DNA of 55,089 bases from Catajapyx aquilonaris (lineage: Eukaryota): NCBI GenBank assembly GCA_000934665.2, contig KZ538665.1:1-55089 (forward strand), in the 5' to 3' direction. The notes under the pieces are model-generated. The model saw nothing but the letters and a program-made list of their open reading frames with translations. It searched no databases and had not been told where the DNA came from. Below, piece after piece: positions 38,518 through 51,300 of the stretch. Numbering within the stretch: the stretch's first letter is position 1; each line of letters starts with the position of its first letter. A program made the position numbers and the translations under genes.

Positions 38518-41500
38518 ATGCTGCGCTTAACGGCAAGCAGATTTGGCAAACGCCTGGTGGCAGGCCTGGGCAGTGAGCCGGCAGTGGTGTCCGTGCTTCC
38601 GTCCCAATCACATAACCGTGGCTATGCGGAGCACCAGATCCCGGAGCGACTCAGGTCAATCCCAGAGGAAGACGACCCGCCCTTCTTCAGCATGGTGGAG
38701 TACTTCTTCCACAAAGGCTGCCAGCTGGTGGAGGACTACCTGGTCGAGGAGCTGAAGGAGCCAAAGAAGACGGTAGAGGAGAAGCGGCACAAGGTGGCAG
38801 GAATCCTCCGCATCATGCAGCCATGCCATCATGTCCTCGAGCTCTGCTTTCCTGTCAAGAGGGACTCGGGAATATTCGAGATGATCACTGCCTACAGGGC
38901 GCAACACTCCCCGCATCGTACGCCTCTCAAGGGAGGTGAGTAGCATGGAGAATGAACTTGAAGAGTATTTAAATCGACTGATTATGATAATGACTGCAAT
39001 TATCAATTTGACCTTGAAATTTTCACATCGTTATGTAGCGATCGGCTTGGTCTGCAATTCTGTTAACGACTGGATTTACATACGATATTTATGCTCATGA
39101 AATTTGACTTATGCTGCAAGTAGGACAAAACCAATTCATCTGTTCCGTAGCACATAATTTGAGCTTAGCCGTGGTGACCTTCAGGGTTAGGTTTCTTAAG
39201 CCTGTTATTTTATTACACCCCCACCTCCCTCAGCTGTGTTTCCTCCGCAGCCTTGGCAGATGGCCCCAATTGCTGCATCTTTCCGGTTCATTCTGCTGCT
39301 AACATGTGTTTATGATCCGTGACCATCTTTTATTCCTCCACCTTCTTCCCAAGGCCATTTTACGCTCTTCATCCGTAATTATCGGATCCACCTGCGTGGT
39401 CGGGAATCCCTGATCAATTAAGGCAGAGAGTTACAATAATCGAAAGTACTGGCGGGTCCAATTGTCAATGAAGCGTTTTGCATGGTTCACTAGAACCTGA
39501 CTATGAATACAGCTGATTAGATGCATGGGCACTGGCCAAGGAGTCTCGATTGCACAATGTGTAGGAGCAAGCGGTAGTAATTTCATGGCAAAGATTACAT
39601 GACTCTCAGACTTGCTAATGTTACAGACGAACCTGTTATGACATCTGCATAATTTCAGCACGACTTTTCGCTACAGCGAGCTGTACTTTATAATTATGAA
39701 ACCATGTCTAGCTGGCTACACCATAGCGGACAGTTAGTGGTTGTAAAATTATCTCTTTAAGTGTTGACAGGAGTGCGTACGATAAATGTGACATGATATG
39801 CCCGCAATTGGTGGCTGAAATGAGCGAAAGCATTGTTAGGTTAGTTGTCGTATCTTGGGGCCTACTTTATTTGCATTGATACAAGAGTGCATAAAATATA
39901 TTCCTGTCATTTCTCATCCTGCCAGGTATTCGTTACTCTGAAGAGGTGAATATTGATGAAGTGAAGGCCCTCTCGGCGCTGATGACCTTCAAGTGCGCCT
40001 GTGTGGACGTTCCATTCGGAGGAGCCAAAGCCGGGGTCAAACTGAATCCAAAGCTGTATTCGGACAATGAGCTGGAAAAGATCACCAGGAGGTTCACCCT
40101 GGAGCTGGCCAAGAAGGGATTTATCGGTGAGTGTGGTGGAGACCAGCTGATGCGAAACTTGAAAGTAATGTTGGGAGTATCCAACACGTGTGTCACCTTC
40201 ACTCAACTTTGTTTCAGCCCCACTTTTTTTAAAGCAATAACGGCAAGTTGAGTACCCTGTTGTATTGAAATGGCCCTGAACGTGACCTTTGCAATTACAG
40301 CACTTGGCGATAGTCAAGAGAACCTCTTTATCAGCAGGTGTCGAGCTGTTCCTGATTCCTTTTTTTGTTTGCCGTGCTGCTTTAAAAGAACTTTATTTCC
40401 CCAGATTAGCGCAATGAAGCCTTTTTATTACAACTGGCCCTGGATGAAGATGAAACTTGTAAAATACGTAATGTTTACGTAATGCTCATATATGATGGAT
40501 ACGTTTTGATATAGAAAATATTTGTCAAATATAGGCTCCCAGTTTTCCACTCGCGAATATAATTAATCAGGAGTCCATGTTCAACAAGTACTTTCCATGT
40601 TGCAAAATAATTCCGTGAATGGATAATCGGGAGTCTAGTGCACCTTAGTCGTAATGTAGTGAATAATAAATATATAAACTTCATTTGCTGCATTTTTTCA
40701 CACTTCCAGGAGCAGTTTAGCAAGAATTGGCTGACGTTAATTATTTAATTTATTCTTTCAGGGCCAAGCGGATCGTTAACAATTTTTTCTTTCGCCAATA
40801 GAAATTAGCGGTCTTGTATTTACGTCCCAAATGATGGAGTAATTAACTGGTAGCTGCTTTTCCAAAGCCTTGCCATTTGGCAGGAATTTGACGTTTAATT
40901 AATTTACTTGGAACCTCAATTTCAGACAGCCCCCGAAGACCTGAATAAATAAATGCACTTCAGGATTGCCTGCGTGCGGTAATATTTGGTGCCGCCCAAT
41001 CAGCCTGACACAAATTGATAATCTGCTCGTGCCTGATAAGGATCCCTCCATATTTACACCCCGCATTTTACCTTATCTGCACAGGTTGTGACATAATCCG
41101 TCGCTGTGGCAACTATCTAACGATGAAGTGTGGTTTGCGCTCATTTTTATTCACCGCAGGAGCAGGTGATAATTAGGCCGTCAATCATGTTGATTCCCAC
41201 TCTTGACACGTTCCCACCTGAGATTTGTGTACTCAGTAAAAGCGCTAGTTGACTCATGAATATTCAAAAGCCAGATGACTTCAGGGAAGGCCGATTGTAG
41301 ACTGAAAGTTTAGCGGATCTACCAATCGCTGGATAATAATTGTTGACAAGCATTTTTAACACTTGCTAAATCCTTAGCTAACATGTGCTATGCACCACTT
41401 TTGATATGTCTGTTTCAGCCTTGTCCGAGTACGCTTGGTAATAATGGTTGGTCCTCTCACCTGATCGAGTACGACTTAATAATTAGGTTACGACACATTC

Positions 41501-44346
41501 CCCTTACCACAAACTAACTCTGTAATCGCAACAATAAGGTCCTGGTGTTGACGTACCTGCTCCAGACATGGGAACGAGCGAGCGCGAGATGTCCTGGATT
41601 GCAGATACATATGCTAAGACCATTGGTAAGGACAGGGTTTCAAAACAGAGCCTAAAATGTCGCACATCTTCCCTGTTCCCTTCACACCCTGTCCGTCCCC
41701 CCCACCCGTCGACCCTCCTTTAAAAACTAGGTCCTGGCGTGGACGTCCCTGCCCCTGACATGGGCAGTGGAGAAAGGGAGATGTCCTGGATCGCAGACAC
41801 GTACGCAAAGACCATTGGTAAAATCAGCACTTCTTTGCAACCTTGCCTGGAAATGCTGTGATACTGAACTTACAGTTTTCTTTCATGCACTCATATAACG
41901 GCAGCAGTGAAACTTGGGACAAACATCTATGCTGCAATCGCTACAATTGATGAATCGCTCATTTGAGAGCGTAATGAGTCGAATTACCAATAAGCATATT
42001 GTTACAGACCAAGTTTCACTGTATCGTGTACTCCTTTTCGTGGTGTTCGTGCTTGCTTTTTAATAGTTTTTCTGGTTTCTTTGATCTTGTATACGTTGAG
42101 TAAATTCTGCTAATGTGTGTGACATGATTCACTGATAATAATCGTATTTAAACCCAAGTGCTTGTGGTGTAAAATTAGATCTGAAAGGTTTCCTTGCCAA
42201 GTTAGGTTTCCAATGAAATGATCTTTGCAAGGCAACTTTTGCATGTGAATGTTTTTTTTTTTATTTGTGTTGTTTTGAGACTTGGGTGCACCACATGTAC
42301 AGGTTGTGTGAGTGTTGCTTCCCTCCTCCTCCTTCACCTATAAAAGGCCCTGGTGTAGACGTTGCTGCTCCGGATATGGGAACAGGCCCGAGAGAAATGG
42401 CTTGGATCGCCAACACTTATGCTAACACCATGGGTAAGACCTGCTCCTTTCGTGAAACCAAATCCTGCTCATTTGTCGTCTGTAAACTGGAAGTTGTACT
42501 TGTTGAGCACATGAATTTATTCCTTACACTTTCTACACTCTTCTTCATTTCTTCTCACTTTTCATTCTGCTAAATGGTAGTCGTTTTTAAATATTTCGGT
42601 CTAAACGCAACTTGTGCCGTACATGGCCGGAGGCAAGGTAAGCATCATCCCGGCCCACCTCTTGAACAAGAATCCTCCTTTCAACCCAAACCATAACTAC
42701 CCGTTTTGCAGTGGAGAGTTTTGATGCGATTAATATTAATATTAAGTGCATGGCAGCATTCAACTCACTTTGCATCGTGTCTAAATCACGTTTGAGTCAT
42801 GAACAAAAGCTGCTGAAATGGCTCGTAATAAGTAATTTTTCGCACTTCCATAAATATTTTCCATGCGACACTAAGTACGATAATAATATAAATATTCAGT
42901 GTTCAAGTTAAAGTACATGCCGACTTGCCTTTTGAAGCCTTCACAAAGAGCAGTTCCAGCAACATGCCATCATAATATTATCCATGTTACGAGGCCTATT
43001 GATAAGTTTTTATAAAGAACTGGGGTGGTTGCATGAAGACCAATTAACTTGTTAAAAGTCAGCAATTTAAGTTTAGGAAAGTGCTCATGCAACTGCTCCT
43101 GAGATTATCTCGAACCCTTTGTTTAAACATTGCATCTCCTACGCAGGCCATCTCGACATCAATGCTCATGCCTGTGTGACGGGGAAGCCCATAAACCAGG
43201 GTGGAATCCATGGGAGGATCAGCGCCACAGGCCGTGGCGTCTTCCATGGGATCGAAAACTTCATCATGGAAGCTGGGTACATGGGCATGATCGGGACGAC
43301 ACCTGGCTGGGGAGGAAAGACATTCATCGTGCAGGGATTCGGCAATGTTGGTCTTCACACGATGCGATACTTAACTAGGTAAAGTCCGCATTAGCAGATC
43401 AGTGTCGTATATATTTCTGCGACTAACACCTTTACCTCATGAACAGGGCTGGAGCAACATGCATTGGCGTGAAGGAGGTGGACGGGGCTATCTTCAACCT
43501 AGAGGGAATTGACCCGAAAGAGTTGGAGGAGTACAAGATTGAAAACGGGACAATTGTTGGGTACCCGGGAGCCAAGGCGTACGAGGGAGAGGACCTGCTG
43601 TACGAGAAGTGTGACATTCTGGTGCCTGCTGCCATCGAGAAGGTCATCACAAAGCAGAATGCACACAAAATACAGGCCAAGGTCAGGAGAAGTGACACTA
43701 ACAATACTGTGGGTTAGATGTATTAATCTCTAATGTCGACAGATTGTGGCGGAGGCTGCAAACGGCCCAACGACCCCTGCGGCAGATAAGATTCTCCTGG
43801 ACCGCAACGTTCTTGTCATACCTGACCTGTTCGTGAATGCCGGAGGAGTGACTGTTTCGTACTTTGAGTGGCTCAAGAACCTCAACCACGTATCGTACGG
43901 CAGGCTCACATTCAAGTACGAGAGGGAATCCAACTACCACCTTCTCGGTTAGTGAGTCGATTACAGCTCAGCAGGTTCGCTTTGACTTAACTTTTGTTTC
44001 ACACGCAGAGTCCGTGCAGGAGTCGCTTGAAAGGCGCTTTGGTCGTGTCGGCGGCAGAATTCCCATAACCCCGTCCGAGTCTTTCCAGAAGAAGATTTCT
44101 GGCGCGTCCGAGAAGGACATTGTCCATTCAGGGTTGGACTACACCATGGAGAGATCTGCCAGGGTTGGTCATGCTTTGATGTGTTCATACCGAGTGATTC
44201 ATACTTAACGAGAACGTTATTTCCAGGCCATAATGAGAACTGCCATGAAGTACAACCTTGGTCTGGATCTTCGGATGGCCGCATACGTCAATTCAATCGA
44301 GAAGATATTCAACACTTACAAGGAGGCCGGACTGACCTTCTCGTAG
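38518..44346 (+). CDS. Gdh: Mitochondrial glutamate dehydrogenase
   Basis: Exons 38518-38935, 39926-40126, [41539-41625 | 41731-41817 | 42347-42433], 43147-43378, 43447-43681, 43743-43947, 44009-44163, 44227-44346. Transit-like N-terminus, YRAQHS..KGGIRY, GGAKAG, VTGKP, GFGNVG, EAANGP, NAGGV, antenna [10 protein letters not shown], ends AGLTFS. Confidence 0.97.
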
Positions 44347-44997
44347 AAGAAATTATTAACGAGTCAGGGAGTTGGGTGGGATTATGGAGAGAGAGAGAAA
44401 TATACACTTCAGAGAGAGATAGTTTGCAGTTTTTGCAAATCGGGTGTGGGATGGGTCTTTTTGCGCAAAAAATGGCCCTTCCCATCATCCGGAAAGGAGC
44501 AGAAGAAGCACAGTAATAAGATAGCAGTAGAGCCGAAAACAATCTTTTTTATTTATTGCTGTTGACGATGATTTTTCCATACTTTTACGCTACACACTTT
44601 TGTCTCCTTAACGGGGCGTAATTTACAATGCTGGTTAATACTAATAATAATTGGGTTGGGGGTCAGGGTCATTTTTCTTGGCTGCCATATGTTATTAATG
44701 AAGGAAAAAAAAAGAAGTGTTCGAGCTCTGATTCCTGTTCCCAACAAAGAGTCACTTTGTTTTCTCTGTTGATTACTTGGTTGCATTTTTCGAGTTCAAT
44801 TACCTAACCTCATCGCTCCCAGAGTTGTTTTTACAGGGTTTTTATTTCAGAATTCAGCATGTAATTACGAGCTGGTTGCCATGCAAATTAGGAGAAAATA
44901 TCTCCATAGGCATTGCATTCACGTCATGTGCGCTAAGGAATTTTGTAAATTACTTTGTTGAGCTTGAGTTTCGCTTCAATTCTAAATTTGTCTTATG

Positions 44998-45123
44998 CCC
45001 GATTGCACCAACGAAATTACTGATCCGATAGCTCCTAACGAATCGTTAGAACACCCTTTTAACATGTGCTAATGATCTGTTAGGAGCTATCGAGTTGGTA
45101 ATTTCGTTGGTGCAAATCAGGCA
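44998..45123. mobile_element. MITE (family of 31731-31853)
   Basis: GCCCGATTGCACCAACGAAATTAC / GTAATTTCGTTGGTGCAAATC inverted ends. Confidence 0.6.
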
Positions 45124-45690
45124 TCAATCTTTTTGTCTGCAATAGTACCGAATTGTCTCCCATCTTTTTTGCCTGAAATAAGACTGAATCATATCAAATC
45201 TTTTTGTCTGTGATAGTACTGCATCTTCTGAATCTGTTTGTCCACAAAAGCACTGACTCGTCTCCATCTTTTTGTCTGCAATAGTACTGAATCGTATCGC
45301 TCGTTTTGCTTGCAATAGTACTGAATCGTCTCAATCTTTTTGTCTGCAATAGTACTGAATCGTCTCAATCTTTTTGTCTGTGATAGTACTGAATCGTCTC
45401 GATCTTTTTGTCTGTGATAGTACTGAATCGTCTCAATCTTTTTGTCTGTGATAGTACTGAATCGTCTTAATCTTTTTGTATGTGATAGTACTGAATCGTC
45501 TCAATCTTTTTGTATGTGATAGTACTGAATCGTCTCAATCTTTTTGTCTGCAATAGTACTGAATCGTATCGCTCGTTTTGCTTGGAATAGTACTGAATCG
45601 TATCAATCTTTTTGCCTGTGATAGTACTGAATCGTCTCAATCTTTTTGTCTGTGATAGTACTGAACCGTCTCAATCTTTTTGTCTGCAAT
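45124..45690. repeat. 34-bp minisatellite (TCAATCTTTTTGTCTGTGATAGTACTGAATCGTC), about 16 units
   Basis: Exact 34-bp periodicity (TAGTACT at 45316, 45350, 45384, 45418...), no unique spacers. Confidence 0.9.
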
Positions 45691-47519
45691 TTAGTACATT
45701 TATTAATTAACATTTTTATAAATGTACGTAAACATATACTTCTACAACACCCAGTGCATTGAGATTGCCTAGCCAGGCCAGGGATGTGATTCTCCTTCAT
45801 GGGACCTGTTAGTAGTTGTGTTCAGAGGGGCAAAGTAGAGGGCTAATTACATCAATCTGCATATTAGGTGGAGGGGAAATTTAGACACAGGATCATAAAT
45901 AAAGGAGGAGGGATTCACACTGCTGGCAACTGGCAAGGCAAGTGGTCCCCCCACTCCCCAAAGTTGGAACTAATACTTGGAGAGGGGGGAGCTTTTGAAG
46001 AAAATGGCAACATTGTGTTGATAGAGGGACCAGGCTTATTTGGGGTCCAGGTGCACCAGTCTGTATAGTGCTGTATAGGTTGCTGGTGGTGGGAGGCAAC
46101 TCACAGGCTCAGGCAATAGTACACAATGTCCATCCACTCTCCTCTCCGGTGACAGCTGCTAAATTAAGTCTCATCCTTACTTTCTGTGGAAGTGCCAACT
46201 ATAAGGTAGGTACTCTCTCTGTCCATACACTCCGAGATCGCACTCGAATTTTGTGCTTTTGCAATAACCACAATTAGAGGGGGTTGCAGCAATAAGAAGC
46301 TGTTTGGTCAGGCACAAAGAAAGGCATGCCAATTGGGGGATCAATCCACCTGATCAAATCTTATTGATGGTCATTATATAGGTTCATGTAGATGTTAATT
46401 AATTGTGCTGGAGGTACGGTTCTTTTGAGGTGGTTCCTGCTCATTCCTTCCCTCAGCTTCGCCCCGTTATATCTGAGCTCAAATTTTAGGGGGGCCAAAA
46501 CCTGCCAGACGGAGACGATCTTGACCCACTTATTGGGGTCAAAGGATATCCGATAACAGGAGCTAAGGAGGGGAGCCACCCTCATCACAGCCTTATTCCT
46601 TTTCCTTGTTTACTATGAGGATAACTCATGTATAGTCATGTGCCACAGTGTGTGCCATGCTAAATTCAGCCTAAAATTAACTTTTTAAAATCATGATGGT
46701 AATGCATTTTTCCAACACACTTGAATGCATCTCCTTTTTATTTAATAAGTAACTCATTATCCTCACCAGCAGACTCCTTCGTAAGAGAATTTGTCTGTTT
46801 CTGAGCCTATATGTGGATACAGCACGGTCTGTCAAGTTTTAAAAAAAAGACGAGGGTCTGCTGTTTATCAACCTTTGGGCAACCTTTGCCTTGAAAACCT
46901 TATTTCCCCCTCTGGCTCTCTGAGGGTCATCAGCAGTCCCTTTTCCTGCCCTCAAGGGAGATCACATATCCCCCAAAAAGCTGCACCACCTGGCCTCGCA
47001 GTGTTTCCAGCTTGTTCACACAGCTAGGTTCCTATATTCTGACAACTGTGTCTTGCCGGAAACTTGTAGCTTCACAATCTGGTCCGAAGGTAGTTATTAA
47101 GGGGGCCTATCGAATTTTCCGGGGGGTGATAGCACTTTTTGGGGGGTGATAGTTAGTTGCGACATCGTTTTAAATGACTTGCAGGATTGATTTTGCGATA
47201 ATAATCTTATTGGAAGTTGTTCCTCATACTGTACAGTACTAATGTCATATTATATGAAAAAGTCTTTGTCAACTTTTATAAGTAGCCTACTGGTACTATT
47301 GGGTCCAAATGCTTTTGGCCACTTTATCCTGGTCTTGAAGGAACCCTTCGCGCACATACCCCACGTTAAGGAGGTGTGTGTGTGAGTGAAGGGTTGCTTC
47401 AAGGATAGGATAAAGTGGGCAAAAGTATTTGAACCCGATAGTACATCGGCTGACTGACAAGTGAGTATAGGGAAAAATATGGGCGTGAAAGTCTAGTAAT
47501 GCAGGAGCCTCATTCGCAC

Positions 47520-47533
47520 NNNNNNNNNNNNNN
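47520..47533. other. Assembly gap (N run)
   Basis: Run of Ns. Confidence 0.98.
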
Positions 47534-48335
47534 NCCCCCCCAAAAAAAAAAGAAAGAAAGAAAGAAAGAAAATTGGAAAGGTTTTGTGGGTGGCCCAGTA
47601 GTGGCACAAAGGGCCTGAAGGTACCTTGATTGGCTAGCCAGAGGGAAAGTGGGCAAGACCCATGCACACCTTTGCTGTTTTTTCTGGGGATGAGTGAAGT
47701 CCACAACAGACTATTCAGTTCGTAGTACCCGCAGTGAGGGTCTTTGAAAGCTGGTGACCTTTAAAGATGCCCAGTGGTTGATGACCATCATGCAGGCTGT
47801 TCAGATCTTCTGAAATCATGGCCACTCGAAATCCTGCCAGTACTATGTCGCCACTCTACGCTGCACACCATTCAGCAGCACCAGAATTATAGATAGGTCT
47901 ACTAACTTTAAAATAAAAAACAATTCTGGAATGGTCATGCCATTGGCAGCAAGCAATTTCGGCCAGCCACATGTGATGAGAAGGGTTTTTTTTTTAAAAA
48001 AACATAAAACATAAAACATAATTCACTTTTTAAATCATTGACATTGCTAGTTATTATCACCCAGTTGGATTATTGAACATATGATGCATGTGATATGATG
48101 TGCTGCAGAATTTGTGTTTACTTTCCAATTATTCAATTGACTGAACTCTTATAACAAAAGGGTAGTTGCTGAACTTTCTACCAGACTTTTACCAGGAACA
48201 ATCCGGTACCTCATGTTTCAGGAGACAGTTTCTGTTACATCCAACCCCACATTAATATTGTGGTTTAATTCATTTTCAGGAATTCTCACACTTTGCCTGC
48301 CATTGAGATTGCAGCCTATAATTGGCAATAAGAAG

Positions 48336-51300
48336 ATGGAGAGTGAAAGTGAAGAGATGAGCATCGAAGACCAGGTGAGGTGTAGATTGGAAGGTGATTG
48401 TCGTGTGAAAACATGACTGGAAATGATTAACGATGCTGTTTCCATTCATTTTTTTGGGGTGACATACGAGGACACATTAGAAGTTTTCTTACGTGGGTGT
48501 AAATGGTGTAAGTTAATGAATTGGGAATGGCTGTTGTACAGTGTGAGCAGCCAGGGTGGCAAAGGTCTCTCGCAATGTTACTTCAAATATGCCATATTGC
48601 AATAAACTAACTTCGTAAACTTTATAAAATTGAGCAAAGTATGTTGTGATTGACACCAGCTGCATGAATTAATAATAATGAACAAAACTTCTGATTATGT
48701 CCGATTTTTAGTTGAATCCCGATGTTAAATTGAGCTTTTTTTTCTAATTTGTTTGCATACAACCGGCCCTAAGTGGCACTAGAAGCACATCCAGTCTAAT
48801 GTATGTGTGTGAAATTATTGGAACATTAAATGAGAATTAAGTGTTAATGAGACCTCAAATCAGTTTTTAATGCATTTTTTTTTTTTTTTACAGATGAAGG
48901 AATGCTTCATCGAGCTCTACAGGCTCACAGAAGAGGAGCTGAAAAGGCACAAGGTGACTGTCTGAACTTAATGATATTTTAGTGTTGTTCATTGGGTCGC
49001 TGTGTTTGGAACCTGCCACTTCTTACATAGAAGACCGCAAGTCTTCATAGCATTAGTGTTATGTGTCTTTTGATGCTCATGCTTCTTCCCTCAACAACAA
49101 CATCCAGGCAACACCGGAGGATAAGGACAGGATTACGCGGCTCAGGGAAAACCTCAAACCTGAAGTGCCTAAGTGCAGCTGCTTCCCTGGCAGAAAGTGT
49201 AAGGCTTTCAATATCTTACTTGTAGTTGGAACTGGTAGTAATAATTGTGTCGCAAGTAATATTTTGGGTGATAGAGTAATATTTCATAACCGTATAGTGT
49301 AAAACCATTGTGTCCGTGCATATGTTTTTCCACATTGACATTTTTCTTGTTTACCTAGGTCCGCCTGAGAAGGGACCGTACTACACGCAGCTGGGAGCAG
49401 CCCCTTCCCTCGCTGCACTGGAGAAGATGATGCAGGAAAGATCAGGACTCTCCCGGAGAGCCCTCAGATTTATACCACTCACCTACACAGAGAGGAAGAC
49501 CAACAATGAATGCCCCAAGGCACGATGGGTGAGTACTCATCGTGGAGAGCAGATAATGTTTCAACTTAATGTGCATTGCTGCATCAGTATTTGTGCAGTG
49601 TTTTACTATCCAGGAATTTTAGGTTCACAAGGTCCTCATTTTAAGGTTAACTAACTTTTAGCAGAATATACTATTTTTTTAAAGCCCATAAAATAATTTT
49701 AGCTGAATAAGCAAAGCGTAAAGAAGCGTAAAGGTTAAAGTGTTTCAGCAGGTCATCATTGTATAACTGATTGGGTTTAAAGGTGCAGTTACATGTGAGC
49801 TATTTGACAAGCCAAATCTTCGCCGAGGCTGAAATTAACAATCGATTTTTGCCTCAAATAATATTGGTTACTTGGAGTACTCAGCCTCGGCGAAGATTTC
49901 ACTCCGGTTTGCTCGTCAAATCGCTCTCATGTAAATGCACCTTAATCAAGGTTATGGTTTAACTGTCATGTTTTTACAATACGCACAATTAGCCATTATT
50001 TTTCGCATATATTTGCCAAGAGTATTTTTTCCAACAAATCCTACTCCAAGTAAAATAATGTTTTCTTTCAGGAATTGTCTTGTATTCTCTAGAGGCAGCC
50101 TTTGAATGACATGTCATTACATTTCTTCTACTTTGGCCAGGTCATTAGGCGGAGCAGTCCCAAGGAGAAGATCCTCTGCCTCGTGAAGCATCGTCCAGGC
50201 CACAGTTGCTCCACAGCATGGATGATTGTCTCAATCGTGTATTGGGATGGACTCCCTGGACCGGTTGCAGACGATCTGTACCAAATGTTGCGGCACAAGC
50301 TGGGAACATATGGTCTTCCCATCGAGAGACGATGCGAGCGGAATGACCAGAGAAACTGTACCTGTCAGGGAACAGACTCTACGACAGGTTAGAATCACGA
50401 AAAAGATGGAGTGTATTTTGTGTGTACATTATAGGGGACATTGTTGAAGCTAAGAATGAATACGAGAGTTATTTACATGGCAGCTACAGTAAGAACCAAG
50501 TACATTATAAAATATATCATGCCAAGTAATACTGAAAACTGCTTGCTTCCCTAACAACTTTGAATTTTTATTGCCAGCTGGTGCATCATTCGTATTTGGC
50601 TGCTCTTGGAATACGTACATGATTGGTTGCAAGTTCGCACGCAGCCCTTCCCCTCGAAAGTTCTGCTTGTCAGACACTGCACAGGAGAAAGAGTTGGAGA
50701 AAAAGCTGCAGGCCATCACGACAAGAATCTCCCCGCTCTTCAAGCGCCTGGCTCCAGAGGCCTACAACAATCACGTGGCCCTGGAGATGGAAGGCCAAGA
50801 ATGCCGCCTCGGAACCAAAGCTGGCAGACCATTCTCTGGGATCACTGTGTGCATGGACTTCTCCGCCCATGCACACAAGGACCAGAGAGACCTCAACAAC
50901 GGCTCCACTTTGGTGATTACAATTTTTGTTAACCCACGCTTATTATGCAGTGACAATAATTTAACTATTCATATGTAAAGGTACTGACCTTGACGAGACA
51001 CAGAGGAAAGTCGGCACCTAAGGACGAGCAGCTGCATGTCCTCCCACTTTACTCGATAGAGGACAATGAAAGCGGGTAAGTGCAAAAGCAGATTGAAATA
51101 TTTGCAGCAGCAAAACATCTTCATATTCCTTGCATTAAATTGCAGTGTTATTAGCCGAGTTACTAGCTGCAGTTGTTTACTCACAGGAGCTCGTCCCAGA
51201 TGCAGAGTCAACAGACTCCAGGTCTGGCGTGCCCCTCAAATAGGAGAGGAAAGAAGCGGCAGCGTACAGGTGAGCGTACAGCTGCGTTGAAAGGAACCTC

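Noticed and set aside
40755..40810. Fourth GDH alternative exon (TTTCAG/GGCCAAGC)
   Set aside because: Only GP matches; a stop follows and there is no PAPD motif.
45124..45690. CRISPR-like array
   Set aside because: Contiguous 34-bp units with no unique spacers, no cas genes, eukaryotic context; the same applies to 21440-21610.
45780..47900. Degenerate LINE or gene
   Set aside because: Looks TE-like but frames are broken and no diagnostic motif is recognisable.
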